From Centroscyllium fabricii (Eukaryota): a stretch of DNA of 64,000 nt. Each line of letters starts with the position of its first letter. Positions within the stretch are counted from its first letter, which is position 1. The notes under the pieces are model-generated. The model did no database searches and was not told where the DNA came from. It saw nothing but the letters and a program-made list of their open reading frames with translations. Below, piece after piece: positions 24,693 through 34,175 of the stretch. The stretch spans positions 48,484,001 through 48,548,000 of the forward strand of contig JBNRSN020000026.1 in assembly GCA_051313645.2 (NCBI GenBank), in the 5' to 3' direction. Position numbers and translations under genes: made by a program.

Positions 24693-25561
24693 ATGATTTG
24701 ATTGTAGTGGCCCAGAAATTCGGGTCTCCATGGGTGAGTACGCACAGAGTACCCACCCGTATGCTCAACAAAAGTGCTGGTTTCATGCATGCACTGCGCA
24801 AACACGGGAAACCGGAACTTCCGTTCCCTTAAATGAAGGGGTTCAGAGGTCGAACGCGTGCACAGGAGAGGCAGCACATGTGGCTGGAGCGTACGTTTTT
24901 TTTTCAGCTTTCTCTGGGAGGGTAAGTCTCCAGTAGTTACACTTTTTAAAAGTAGGCGCAAGGCCTGCTTTTAGCAAGGTAAGTGGTGAATTAATTAATA
25001 TTAAAACATTTTTTCCACAGGTTTATTATTTTTAAATACTTTAACATAGAAACATAGAAACATAGAAGATAGGAGCAGGAGTAGGCCATTCGGCCCTTCG
25101 AGCCTGCTCCGCCATTCAATGAGATCATGGCTGATCATCCAAACCCAGCACCCTGTCCCTGCCTTGTCCCCATATCCCTCGATCCCTGTAGAGCCTGCAC
25201 CGACACATATCCCACCCTATCCCCGTAACCCCACATATTCAATCCCCCTAACACTAAGGGTCAATTTATCATGGCCAATCAACCTAACCAATGTGGTAAC
25301 CCTTGTATATAGTTGTTTACCAGTGTAATTATTGTACCAATAATGGGCTGTGCAGATGTAAGGCACAGCCCTGTATACTGTGTAATACTGTTGGGAGCCA
25401 GGTCAGCCACACCTCTAACTCCTCCCCCAGGTGAGGCCCTTTATAGGTGGAAACTGACCGAGGCTCCTCATTCCTGTACAGAAGTTCGTCCGGAGGGTAG
25501 CTCCGTTCTTTTAATCTGAGGTATTGACGATACGTCAATTTTAATCGCTAAATATTTTAAA

Positions 25562-28500
25562 ATGGAGAGCAGCGCAGTCAAACCTGAGAAGCTGGACATC
25601 AGCCCCCAGGACCTGGCCGCTGCTACCACATTCGAACACTGGTTCGGCCTCCTGGAGGCCTACATGGACACCGCCAAGGCTACATCGGCCAGGAACAAAC
25701 TGCAGGTCCTCCGGTCGAGGATCTCCAGCAGGGTATTCTCCCTCATCAGGAACGCCTCAACCTACACAGCGGCCGTACTACTACTACGAAAATGCTACGA
25801 GCGCCCGGTCCACTCGGTCTATGCCCGACATGTGCTTGCGACCAGATCTCAGCTACCGGGTGAGTCCAATGAGCAGTTCGAGCAAGCGCTCCAGGCCCTG
25901 GTACGGGTCTGTGGCTGCCAAGCCAGAACAGCTGAAGAGGAGGCGGAACTCCTCATTCGGGACGCTTACGTTACGGGACTAAGGTGCGTGGAAGCCCGCC
26001 AGCGGCTACTGGAGAAAGACACTCTGTCCCTCGAGGAGGCGACTAAGATAGCCAAATCAGTAGAGGGGGCCCGAAACAAGTTACAGGCGTACAGCGGCAC
26101 TAACCCGCAAGCCTACGACATTTGGGCCGCGCCACAACGGGCCCAGGCCTGGGCAGCACCACAACGGGTCGAGACCCCCACGATGGCTGCGACAGCCACA
26201 AAAGATAAGCGCTGCTACTTCTGCAGCCAGGAACTGCACCCAAGAGCGAGATGCCCGGCCAGGACAGCGACCTGCGAGAGATGCGCTAAGAAAGGTCATT
26301 ACGCTAAAGCCTGCAGATCAGCTCCAGCAGCGCCTAACCCAAGGTACAACAGTGCAGCCTGTGAGAGCACCGACAGACACCAGGTAAGCTGCAATAGCAG
26401 TGCGATCCAGCGACGGTCCGGGGGTAGACAACAAGCGCCCCCATCTCCCACCCCGATGCGGCAAAGGCCGGCCAAGCGCGACCCCCCAACGCGGCCGGCT
26501 GCGTACGAATCACGGGCACCGCCAACCGGATCACCGCGGTCCGCTGCGTGCAAATCACGGGCGCCGCCAGCGCGCTCACAGCGGCCCACCATGTGCGACC
26601 CCGCGGCGAAGCCATTTTGTATCCAGGGCCCCTCCATGTGCGAGCCAGGGGCGCCGCCATTTTGTATCCAGGGCCCCTCCATGTGCGGGCCAGGGGCGCC
26701 ACCATTTTGTATCCAGGGCCCCACCATGTGCGAGCCAGGGGCGCCGCCATCTTGTGTACAGCCCCGACCAGCAAGGGCCCCACACACACGGAAACGCACG
26801 GCTGCGGCAGCCAAAATCAGAGTGAACCAGGACAGGCCACATACCCTGTCTAACTCTATAATGCCAATTTTGATTCACGGCTACACGGTTAACTGCCTTT
26901 TTGACAAAGGAAGCACTGAGAGTTTCATACACCCCGATACAGTGCAGCGCTGCGGAATGCAGGTCCGGCCCACTAACTACCAAGTCTCCCTAGCTTCACA
27001 GTCCCACACCGCAGACGTCACCGGCTACTGCTCCGTCGCGCTCACTGTCAAGGGGCGCGTGTACCGTAATTTTAAATTGTATACCCTCCAGCAGTTGTGT
27101 GCCCCAGCCTTACTTGGTTTGGATTTCCAGTGCCACCTCAAGAGCGTGACAATGGAGTTCGCTGGGACCTTGCCCCCCCTCAAAGTCAGTAGCCGGGACA
27201 ATCCCTTCCCAAAGCGGAGCCCGGCCTGCGGCCTCTCCACCCTGAAAATCGAACCCCCCTCGCTGTTCACCAACCTCGATCCGAAGTGCAAACCCATTGC
27301 TACTAAGAGTCGGCGGTACAGTGAGGGGGATCGCACGTTTATCAGGTCGGAGGTCGGGCGGATGCTGAAGGAGGGGATAATTGAAGCCAGCACCAGCCCC
27401 TGGCGCGCCCAAGTTGTAGTGGTGAAGTCTGGCGAGAAACAGCGGCTGGTTATCGATTACAGCCAGACTATCAACCACTACACCGGGCTCGACGCCTACC
27501 CCCTTCCCCGCATCTCAGACATGGTCAACCAGATCGCCCAGTACAAGGTGTTCTCCACGATCGACCTTAAATCGGCGTATCATCAGCTCCCGATTCGGAA
27601 AGCCGACCGCCCCTACACCGCCTTCGAGGCGAACGGTCGGCTCTACCACTTCCTCCGGGTCCCCTTTGGCGTGACCAACGGAGTGTCAGTGTTCCAACGG
27701 GAGATGGACCGCATGGTTGACCAAAATGACTTGCAGGCCACTTTCCCTTACCTGGACAACGTGACCATCTGCGGCCACGACCAGCAGGAGCACGATGCCA
27801 ATCTGGCCAAATTCCTCGACGCGGCGGACAAGCTGGACCTTACGTATAACAAGGACAAATGTGTCTTTAATATAGACCGGCTCGCCATCCTCGGATACGT
27901 GGTGGAGAACGGGGTCCTCCCACAGCGTATGCGACCCCTGCAAGAACTGCCCCTACCTCACAACCCCAAAGCCTTGAGGAGATGCCTAGGATTTTTCTCC
28001 TATTATGCACAATGGGTCCCACAGTTCGCAGATAAGGCTAGACCACTCCTCAAGGCTGCCATCTTCACCCTTTCTGTAGAAGCCCAAACGGCATTCGCAA
28101 GGATAAAGGAAGATATTATCAAGGCGACCATGCTCACTATTGATGAATCTATCCCTTTCCAGGTGGAGAGTCACGCTTCAGACTTTGCCCTTGCTGCCAC
28201 CCTGAATCAGGCAGGCAGGCCCGTAGCGTTTTTCTCCCGCACCTTACAGGGACCCGAAACTCGCCACTCCGCAGTGGAAAAGGAGGCCCAGGCCATCGTG
28301 GAGGCCGTGCGCTACTGGCATCATTACCTGGCCGGTAAGTGTTTTACCCTGCTCACTGACCAACGGTCGGTGGCGTTTATGTTTAATAATAAACTACGGG
28401 GTAAAATCAAGAATGATAAGATCCTGCGGTGGCAGATCGAACTCTCGACTTACGAGTATGACATTCTTTACCGACCAGGTAAACTCAATGAACCCCCAGA

Positions 28501-29779
28501 CGCACAGTCCAGGGGAACATGCGCCAGTGCCCAGCTAGACCGGCTGAAGGACCTCCATGACCGCCTTTGCCACCCGGGTGTCACCAGACTCGCCCACTTC
28601 GTTAAGTCCCGTAGCCTCCCCTACTCCATCACGGAGATCAAGGCTATGACCCGAGAGTGCCCTGTCTGCGCCGAGTGCAAACCCCACTTTTTCCGGCCAG
28701 ACACGGCGCACCTCATTAAGGCCACCCGCCCCTTTGAACGTCTCAGCGTGGACTTCAAAGGCCCCCTCCCTTCCACCGACCGCAATTCATACTTCCTCAC
28801 GGTAGTGGATGAGTTCTCCCGCTTCCCCTTCGCCTTCCCCTGCGCAGATATGATGAGCGCAACGGTGATCAAACACTTCACCACGCTGTTCGCCATTTTC
28901 GGTCTCCCCAGCTACATCCATAGCGACCGGGGGTCATCGTTCATGAGCGATGAACTGCACCAGTTTCTGCTCCAGAAAGGGGTTGCCACGAGCAGAACGA
29001 CCAGTTATAACCCCCGGGGGAACGGCCAGGTAGAAAGGGAGAATGGGATCATTTGGAAGGCGGTCACCCTGGCTCTCAAGTCCAGAGGCCTTCCAGTGTC
29101 CCATTGGCAGGCAGTCCTCCCAGACGCGCTGCACTCTATACGCTCTCTATTATGTACTGCTACTAACGCCACCCCGCACGATCTGATTTTCTCCTTCCCT
29201 AGGAAATCGACTTCGGGGACAGCTCTTCCTCCATGGCTGACGACTCCGGGGCCGGTTTGGCTTAGAAGACATGTCCGGAGCCACAAGACAGACCCCCTGG
29301 TGGACAAGGTACAGCTCCTACACGCGAACCCCCACTATGCATTCGTGCAGTTCCTGGACGGGCGTGAGGACACCGTGTCCATCAGGGACCTGGCTCCCGC
29401 AGGAAGCACCACCGCAGAGCCCCTGGCCGGCCAGCAGGCCGCTCAGCCGCGGTATCCAGAAAACTCACCAGACACACGATGGCCCCCGAGCTTCCCAGAA
29501 CAGTGGCCAGTACAGAACTACGACCCGGACGGCGGGGACCAGCCAGATCCATCGCCACCAGAAGCCACGGCACCCGATCAGTGGTCACCACCGGCAGATG
29601 CAAGTGGTACGAACCAGGAGGCACCACCACCAACACCGGAACGCCGGCGGTCCTCCAGGCAGACACGACCGCCGGACAGACTGATCATGAACTGTTCGGC
29701 CCATTCACCCCCCCCCCCCCCCCCCCCCCCGGACTTAAAATTTTCAAGAAGGGGTGAATGTGGTAACCCTTGTATATAG
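25562..29779 (+). CDS. Gag-Pol polyprotein (two CCHC knuckles, protease, RT, RNase H, integrase); open but probably defective
   Basis: CYFC…HPRARC, CERC…HYAKAC, LFDKGS, YLDN, HHCC and VDFKGP/SDRG. RNase H reads VESHASD and ENGVLPQR, versus VESDASD and ENGVIGPDPQR in the sister copy. Confidence 0.85.
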   Translation: MESSAVKPEKLDISPQDLAAATTFEHWFGLLEAYMDTAKATSARNKLQVLRSRISSRVFSLIRNASTYTAAVLLLRKCYERPVHSVYARHVLATRSQLPGESNEQFEQALQALVRVCGCQARTAEEEAELLIRDAYVTGLRCVEARQRLLEKDTLSLEEATKIAKSVEGARNKLQAYSGTNPQAYDIWAAPQRAQAWAAPQRVETPTMAATATKDKRCYFCSQELHPRARCPARTATCERCAKKGHYAKACRSAPAAPNPRYNSAACESTDRHQVSCNSSAIQRRSGGRQQAPPSPTPMRQRPAKRDPPTRPAAYESRAPPTGSPRSAACKSRAPPARSQRPTMCDPAAKPFCIQGPSMCEPGAPPFCIQGPSMCGPGAPPFCIQGPTMCEPGAPPSCVQPRPARAPHTRKRTAAAAKIRVNQDRPHTLSNSIMPILIHGYTVNCLFDKGSTESFIHPDTVQRCGMQVRPTNYQVSLASQSHTADVTGYCSVALTVKGRVYRNFKLYTLQQLCAPALLGLDFQCHLKSVTMEFAGTLPPLKVSSRDNPFPKRSPACGLSTLKIEPPSLFTNLDPKCKPIATKSRRYSEGDRTFIRSEVGRMLKEGIIEASTSPWRAQVVVVKSGEKQRLVIDYSQTINHYTGLDAYPLPRISDMVNQIAQYKVFSTIDLKSAYHQLPIRKADRPYTAFEANGRLYHFLRVPFGVTNGVSVFQREMDRMVDQNDLQATFPYLDNVTICGHDQQEHDANLAKFLDAADKLDLTYNKDKCVFNIDRLAILGYVVENGVLPQRMRPLQELPLPHNPKALRRCLGFFSYYAQWVPQFADKARPLLKAAIFTLSVEAQTAFARIKEDIIKATMLTIDESIPFQVESHASDFALAATLNQAGRPVAFFSRTLQGPETRHSAVEKEAQAIVEAVRYWHHYLAGKCFTLLTDQRSVAFMFNNKLRGKIKNDKILRWQIELSTYEYDILYRPGKLNEPPDAQSRGTCASAQLDRLKDLHDRLCHPGVTRLAHFVKSRSLPYSITEIKAMTRECPVCAECKPHFFRPDTAHLIKATRPFERLSVDFKGPLPSTDRNSYFLTVVDEFSRFPFAFPCADMMSATVIKHFTTLFAIFGLPSYIHSDRGSSFMSDELHQFLLQKGVATSRTTSYNPRGNGQVERENGIIWKAVTLALKSRGLPVSHWQAVLPDALHSIRSLLCTATNATPHDLIFSFPRKSTSGTALPPWLTTPGPVWLRRHVRSHKTDPLVDKVQLLHANPHYAFVQFLDGREDTVSIRDLAPAGSTTAEPLAGQQAAQPRYPENSPDTRWPPSFPEQWPVQNYDPDGGDQPDPSPPEATAPDQWSPPADASGTNQEAPPPTPERRRSSRQTRPPDRLIMNCSAHSPPPPPPPPDLKFSRRGECGNPCI
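26591..26760 (+). repeat. 45-bp coding tandem repeat (~3.7 units) between Gag and protease
   Basis: Unit ATGTGCGAGCCAGGGGCGCCGCCATTTTGTATCCAGGGCCCCTCC encodes MCEPGAPPFCIQGPS. Confidence 0.9.
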
Positions 29780-31939
29780 TTGTTTACCACTGTAATTATT
29801 GTGACAATAATGGGCTGTGCAGATGTAAGGCACAGCCCTGTATACTGTGTAATACTGTTGGGAGCCAGGTCAGCCACACCTCTAACTCCTCCCCCAGGTG
29901 AGGCCCTTTATAGTTGGAAACTGACCGAGGCTCCTCATTCCTGTCCGGAGGGTAGCTCCGTTCTTAGCGATTAAAAGCCTTTAGTTTCGGTAACTACTCG
30001 TCAACTCTTTTAATCTGAGGTATTGACGATACGTCAACCCGCACATCTTTGAAAGAAAGGTAAGACTTTTTAGCTCCGTTATTTCAAAAATTTAAATTAT
30101 TGTTTAAAATAGTTATTTTATGTAATTCATAGTTATTTTAAAAATGTGATTTTTTTAAAAATGTATTTGAAGTTTTAGTTATCTTTTGGGGCTTATCGTA
30201 TTTATAGTTCTGACAGCTCTTCCTGTCAATTTTATGAATGGGCATTCCCTGCTACCATTGGCTCTCCATGGCCCCCGTGATCCCAGGGGACGCTTCGAAC
30301 TAACTGCACCCCTGGGATACGCAAGCACTGCACGCCGGCAGTTGGAGGTGGCCCAGAATCGGAATCCCACGCGGGCCCACAGCTCAATGGCCGGTGCGCA
30401 AGCTAAGTGCAGGTTGGAGGCTTCAACACGCGGGAAGCGTCTGACCCGAATTTCCGGGCCATTGTATATTTGCAATGAAATGAAGTTTCCAAATATGCAA
30501 ACAGCTCAGCCTGAAACATATGCTCAACTTTGTTGTGTTTCCTACACATCTGCTTTGTGAATATTTATTTAGGGCTGGCCATACTTGAAAGGAATTAAAT
30601 ATAAACAGCACTCAGTTTGAAATATCATTTATATAGAACAGTGTTTGTACTGGGAACAACAGTCAAAGCAATTTGGGAAGCAGATTGCGTGACTCGTGAG
30701 CTTTTAAATATTTCAAAAGCTTCTTTAGAATTTGAGCCTTATAACTGTCTATTGTATGTTATAATTAAAGCATACTTCACTTCTGCAAATTCTATCAAAT
30801 TTGTTTTCATTTGTTTTTTTTTAAATGAGTCTTTTTTATTAAAATATCATTTAACTCCAAGAGTATGGAGTTTTGTGCTGTAAATCCTTGCACAATGGGA
30901 ACTCAATTGAGACGACCCAAATTTATTTTACTCAGGACGCCGAGTAGCGATTAGGAGGAGCAAACCAGAATCCCGAAGGCGATTGATTTTAAACTTTAGG
31001 GCGGGCAATTGGCGGAGCAGGCCCGTTCCATGGGTGAAGAAGACGGAGCCATTTTGCGGGCCAGCCCTTATTTAAAATGGAAGCTGCGAGCTGAGGGCAC
31101 CAAAGGTGGGAGCCTGGGCCGGTAGCAACCCCGATTTACATATTAAATGGGGCCTGCCGCTTGAAGCAGGCAGGCGCATTGGCCACCCAGTGGTAGGCCC
31201 CTCTAAAAGTGGCAGTGGGCAGACCATCGCCAACAACAGGACGGCGAGTCTACTGACTCCAGTTTGGGGCCATTACTGACCAATTGCCGATTTCAGCAAG
31301 TTAAAATTGACCACCGTGTGTCCGGCCTTGGTTTTAATACAGGATCCACAATTTAAAGAACTGTTCCTTCTAACCCACTACACCAGACCTGTGTCTTTTA
31401 CTTTTACTTTAACGCATCTAATGAGTGTTAACATGTGAAATTAAAACTGCTGACTTGCTAAAGCTTCCAGATCTACCATGAATTGATGGTTTTAAGATTG
31501 CAGGGTTCAGTAACTAGTATAAATGAAAGAAAGACTTGCATTTATATAGCGCCTTTCACGACCGCTGGACGCCCCCAATGAAATATATTTGAAGTGTAGT
31601 CAAAGGCAGGTACGGGGTACTGAGTTTGGATGATCAGCCATGGTCTCATTGAATGGCGGAGCAGGCTCGAGGGGCCGAATGGCCTACTCCTGCTCCTATC
31701 TTCTATGTTTCCATGTTTCTATGTTGTAATGTATGAACACGTCGATAAGAGTATGTCACCTGTATAATGACTTAGTTGATTCCCTGGTATTGTTTTGCTT
31801 CTAAACCAAAATAAAGTTGTGATGGGTAAAAATTCTAGAGTGAGCTGGAGAAAGTGCCTGTGTAATAATAATGCTGAGGGTGAGTAGTTGATTTTGGCTT
31901 TAAGAGGTCCTAAAGCTCAGTCCTGATAATCAAGTTCAC

Positions 31940-32185
31940 AAAACTTGAACCACTGCAGTCCTTGTGTTGATGGTATTAGGCAGGGAATTCCAGGATTTCC
32001 ACCCAGAGACGATGAAGAGACAGTGACATATGTCCACGTCAGGACGGTATGTGACTTGAAGGGGAAGTTGGAGGTGATGGTGTTCACATGATCTTACTGC
32101 TCTTGTCCTTGATGGAAGAGGACACAAGCCTGGTGGTACGGTTGAAGTAAGCTTAATGAGTTGCTGCATTACAGTCTGTAGATCT
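31940..32185 (-). mobile_element. LINE family B fragment
   Basis: Similar to the 3' region of 59095-60277. Confidence 0.65.
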
Positions 32186-32410
32186 CCAATCAGGTTTGCA
32201 CCTCTGCCATAGGAGTGAAATGGCCTTTATCAAAGTCACAAAAGCAGCTGTGACTGCGGTGAACTATCCCTCCTCATCCTGCTCCACCTGTCTGCAGCCT
32301 TTGGCACGGATGACCACACCATCCTCCGCTCTTCCGTTGTCCAGCTGGGTGGGACGGCCTTCACCTATCTGTCCAATCATACTCAGAGAATCTCCTGCAG
32401 TGGCTTCTAA

Positions 32411-32665
32411 TAATAATGATAATTCAACTTTTATTGTCATTATACAATGTACAAGTACATGAACAACAAAATGTGATCTTGCAAGCTCCCAAGAGTCCAG
32501 CAAAGCCCCTGCGTCTGTGCGCGCCGCCATTCCATCTTTCCATCATTCCGACAATCTTCAGCCAACCGCCCCTCCCCGGGGCTCCTTTCGTGACCTTCTG
32601 CACCTGGCATTGCCTGGTGGTCACCCATCCAAGTACTAACCAGGCCTGGCTCTGCTTTGCTTCTA
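32411..32665 (-). mobile_element. 5S rRNA-derived SINE (SINE3-like), 5'-truncated, inserted in an old L2-like fragment
   Basis: Minus strand GAAGCAAAGCAGAGCCAGGCCTGGTTAGTACTTGGATGGGTGACCACC matches the 5S internal control region; tail TGTAC…ATGACAATAAAG(TTA)n; GCTTCTAA at both junctions. Confidence 0.7.
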
Positions 32666-33183
32666 AGCCTTGCCAGTGACCCTGTCCCTAGTCCCAGGAA
32701 CAGGGCTCTTCCCGCTCTCACACTATTACCTCTGGACTTACTCAAGGATCTATCCTTGGCCCCTTTCTATTTTGATCTACATGCTGCCCATTGGCGACAT
32801 CATCTGAAAACACAACATCAGATTCCATTTGTATGCTAATGACACCCACCTCTACCCCGGACAAAGAAGGATTTGAGGGATTACAAAGTATTTACAGCAG
32901 AGAAACAGTTCCATGCCGGTGTTGCTCCACACGAGCCTCCTCCCACCCTTCTTCATCTAACTCCATCAACATATCCGTCGATTACTTTCTCCCTCATGTG
33001 TTTATCTAGCTTCCCCTTAAATATATCTATGCTCGTCACCTCAACCACTCCATGTGGTAGTGGGTTTCACATTCTAACCATTCTCTAGGTAAAGATGTTT
33101 CTCCTGAATTCCCTACTGGATTTATTGGTGACTATCTTAATTTCATGGCCCCTAGTAATGGTCTCACCCACAAGTGGAAATAT

Positions 33184-33990
33184 GGGGGGGGAAAATTCAG
33201 TTGGTTCTGCCTCCCATTTGTGCCTTAGGGGGCAACTAGCGCCCGGGCTTGGCGAGTTTAGCGTCACTCAGGGAATTGACGAGGCATTTTGCGGTGATGC
33301 TACACACTACCGCCACGGTCTCCTGTGCCGGCAGATTGTGACGTTATTTGAGTGCGCAATGCCCCGGTAGCGCCCCAGAGTGGATATTGAGTGGTGCTTC
33401 CTGCCTTACCGCCTGGCGCTAGCAACGACAGGTTGAGGGGAGCGTTCTGCAGCCAGAAAGTGACTGGGGGAGCGCTATTTAAAGGTGACTGCTTACTGCC
33501 TTTTTTTGTTGGTGACATTTTTGCACCACCCATTCTGAGAGAGAGAGAGACTTCTGGAGAGATTCAATGCTGTGTGAAGGAGTTTTGGATACTGAGCTGT
33601 ATTTTGCAGGTTCATTTTGATTTGCCCTTGTATCTATTTAGAAGAGAATGTGGGGGCTGCACTCTCAGCTCTTTCCCTGGGTCTCTCCATTATTCTTCCT
33701 GTTGTGTATGTGATAAGAGTATGATGGGCAGCCTGTAAGCCTATAACAGAGCTGCACTATTTATTGTATGGTGGAGGGATATTGTAATACCTCCACAGGC
33801 CACCTAGTATAAATAGCGCTGTACTGCAAGCTGTATTCAGTTTCCCCCTGGACCTTGAAGAGTAAAGACCTTTTGTTCCTGTGACCGAGTCTTTATTGAG
33901 TGCCTACCAAACACTGACAACGAGGTGTTAGGACAGGACACAACACTTTGCAGCAAATTTGATGTTTTCAGGAGTTGTCCAATTTTGCCC
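33184..33990 (+). mobile_element. Harbinger-derived deletion element containing a solo LTR
   Basis: GGGGGAAAATT … AATTTTGCCCC termini; GCGCTATTTAAAG motif shared with other Harbinger 5' ends. Confidence 0.5.
33700..33945 (+). mobile_element. Solo LTR-like insertion
   Basis: TGTTGTG…CACAACA inverted termini, TATAAA and AGTAAA. Confidence 0.55.
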
Positions 33991-34175
33991 CTGATATCTC
34001 GCCTTCAGTACCCTTTAATATATGCTTATATTTAGCATCCTTTTGCTTTAACAAACCTCCTCTGGAACTGTAAAGATTTACTGCCATGATAAAAGGGCTT
34101 ATTTTTCAATGACAGTTTTGAGGTGCTCTGTTTCATTCCATCAACATTTTGACTAGCCCAGTTCATGCATATAGC

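Larger units (their letters stand above)
25292..30036 (+). mobile_element. Full-length Ty3/Gypsy element (non-chromovirus, single gag-pol ORF)
   Basis: LTRs 25292-25537 and 29759-30036 (TG…CA, differing by two indels), PPT AAGAAGGGGTGAA, 1405-aa ORF. Confidence 0.95.
25044..30051 (-). mobile_element. 5'-truncated HE1-type SINE split by the Gypsy insertion
   Basis: 25044-25289 and 30037-30051 join into the SINE consensus CAACCTAACCCGCACATCTTT. Confidence 0.85.
24709..30460 (+). mobile_element. Harbinger-type MITE (family of 62406-63161) containing a SINE that contains a Gypsy element
   Basis: TIR GGCCCAGAAATTCGGGTC / GACCCGAATTTCCGGGCC, flanks AGT/ATT; both halves align with 62406-63161. Confidence 0.85.

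Noticed and set aside
26591-26760. Regular repeats as a CRISPR array
   Set aside because: Contiguous in-frame coding units without unique spacers, in eukaryotic DNA.
29707-29730. Poly(C) run extending Gag-Pol into the LTR
   Set aside because: Homopolymer length is unstable or error-prone; the sister copy stops before the PPT.
32600-32665. Functional 5S rRNA gene
   Set aside because: Truncated, diverged and fused to a SINE body and tail.
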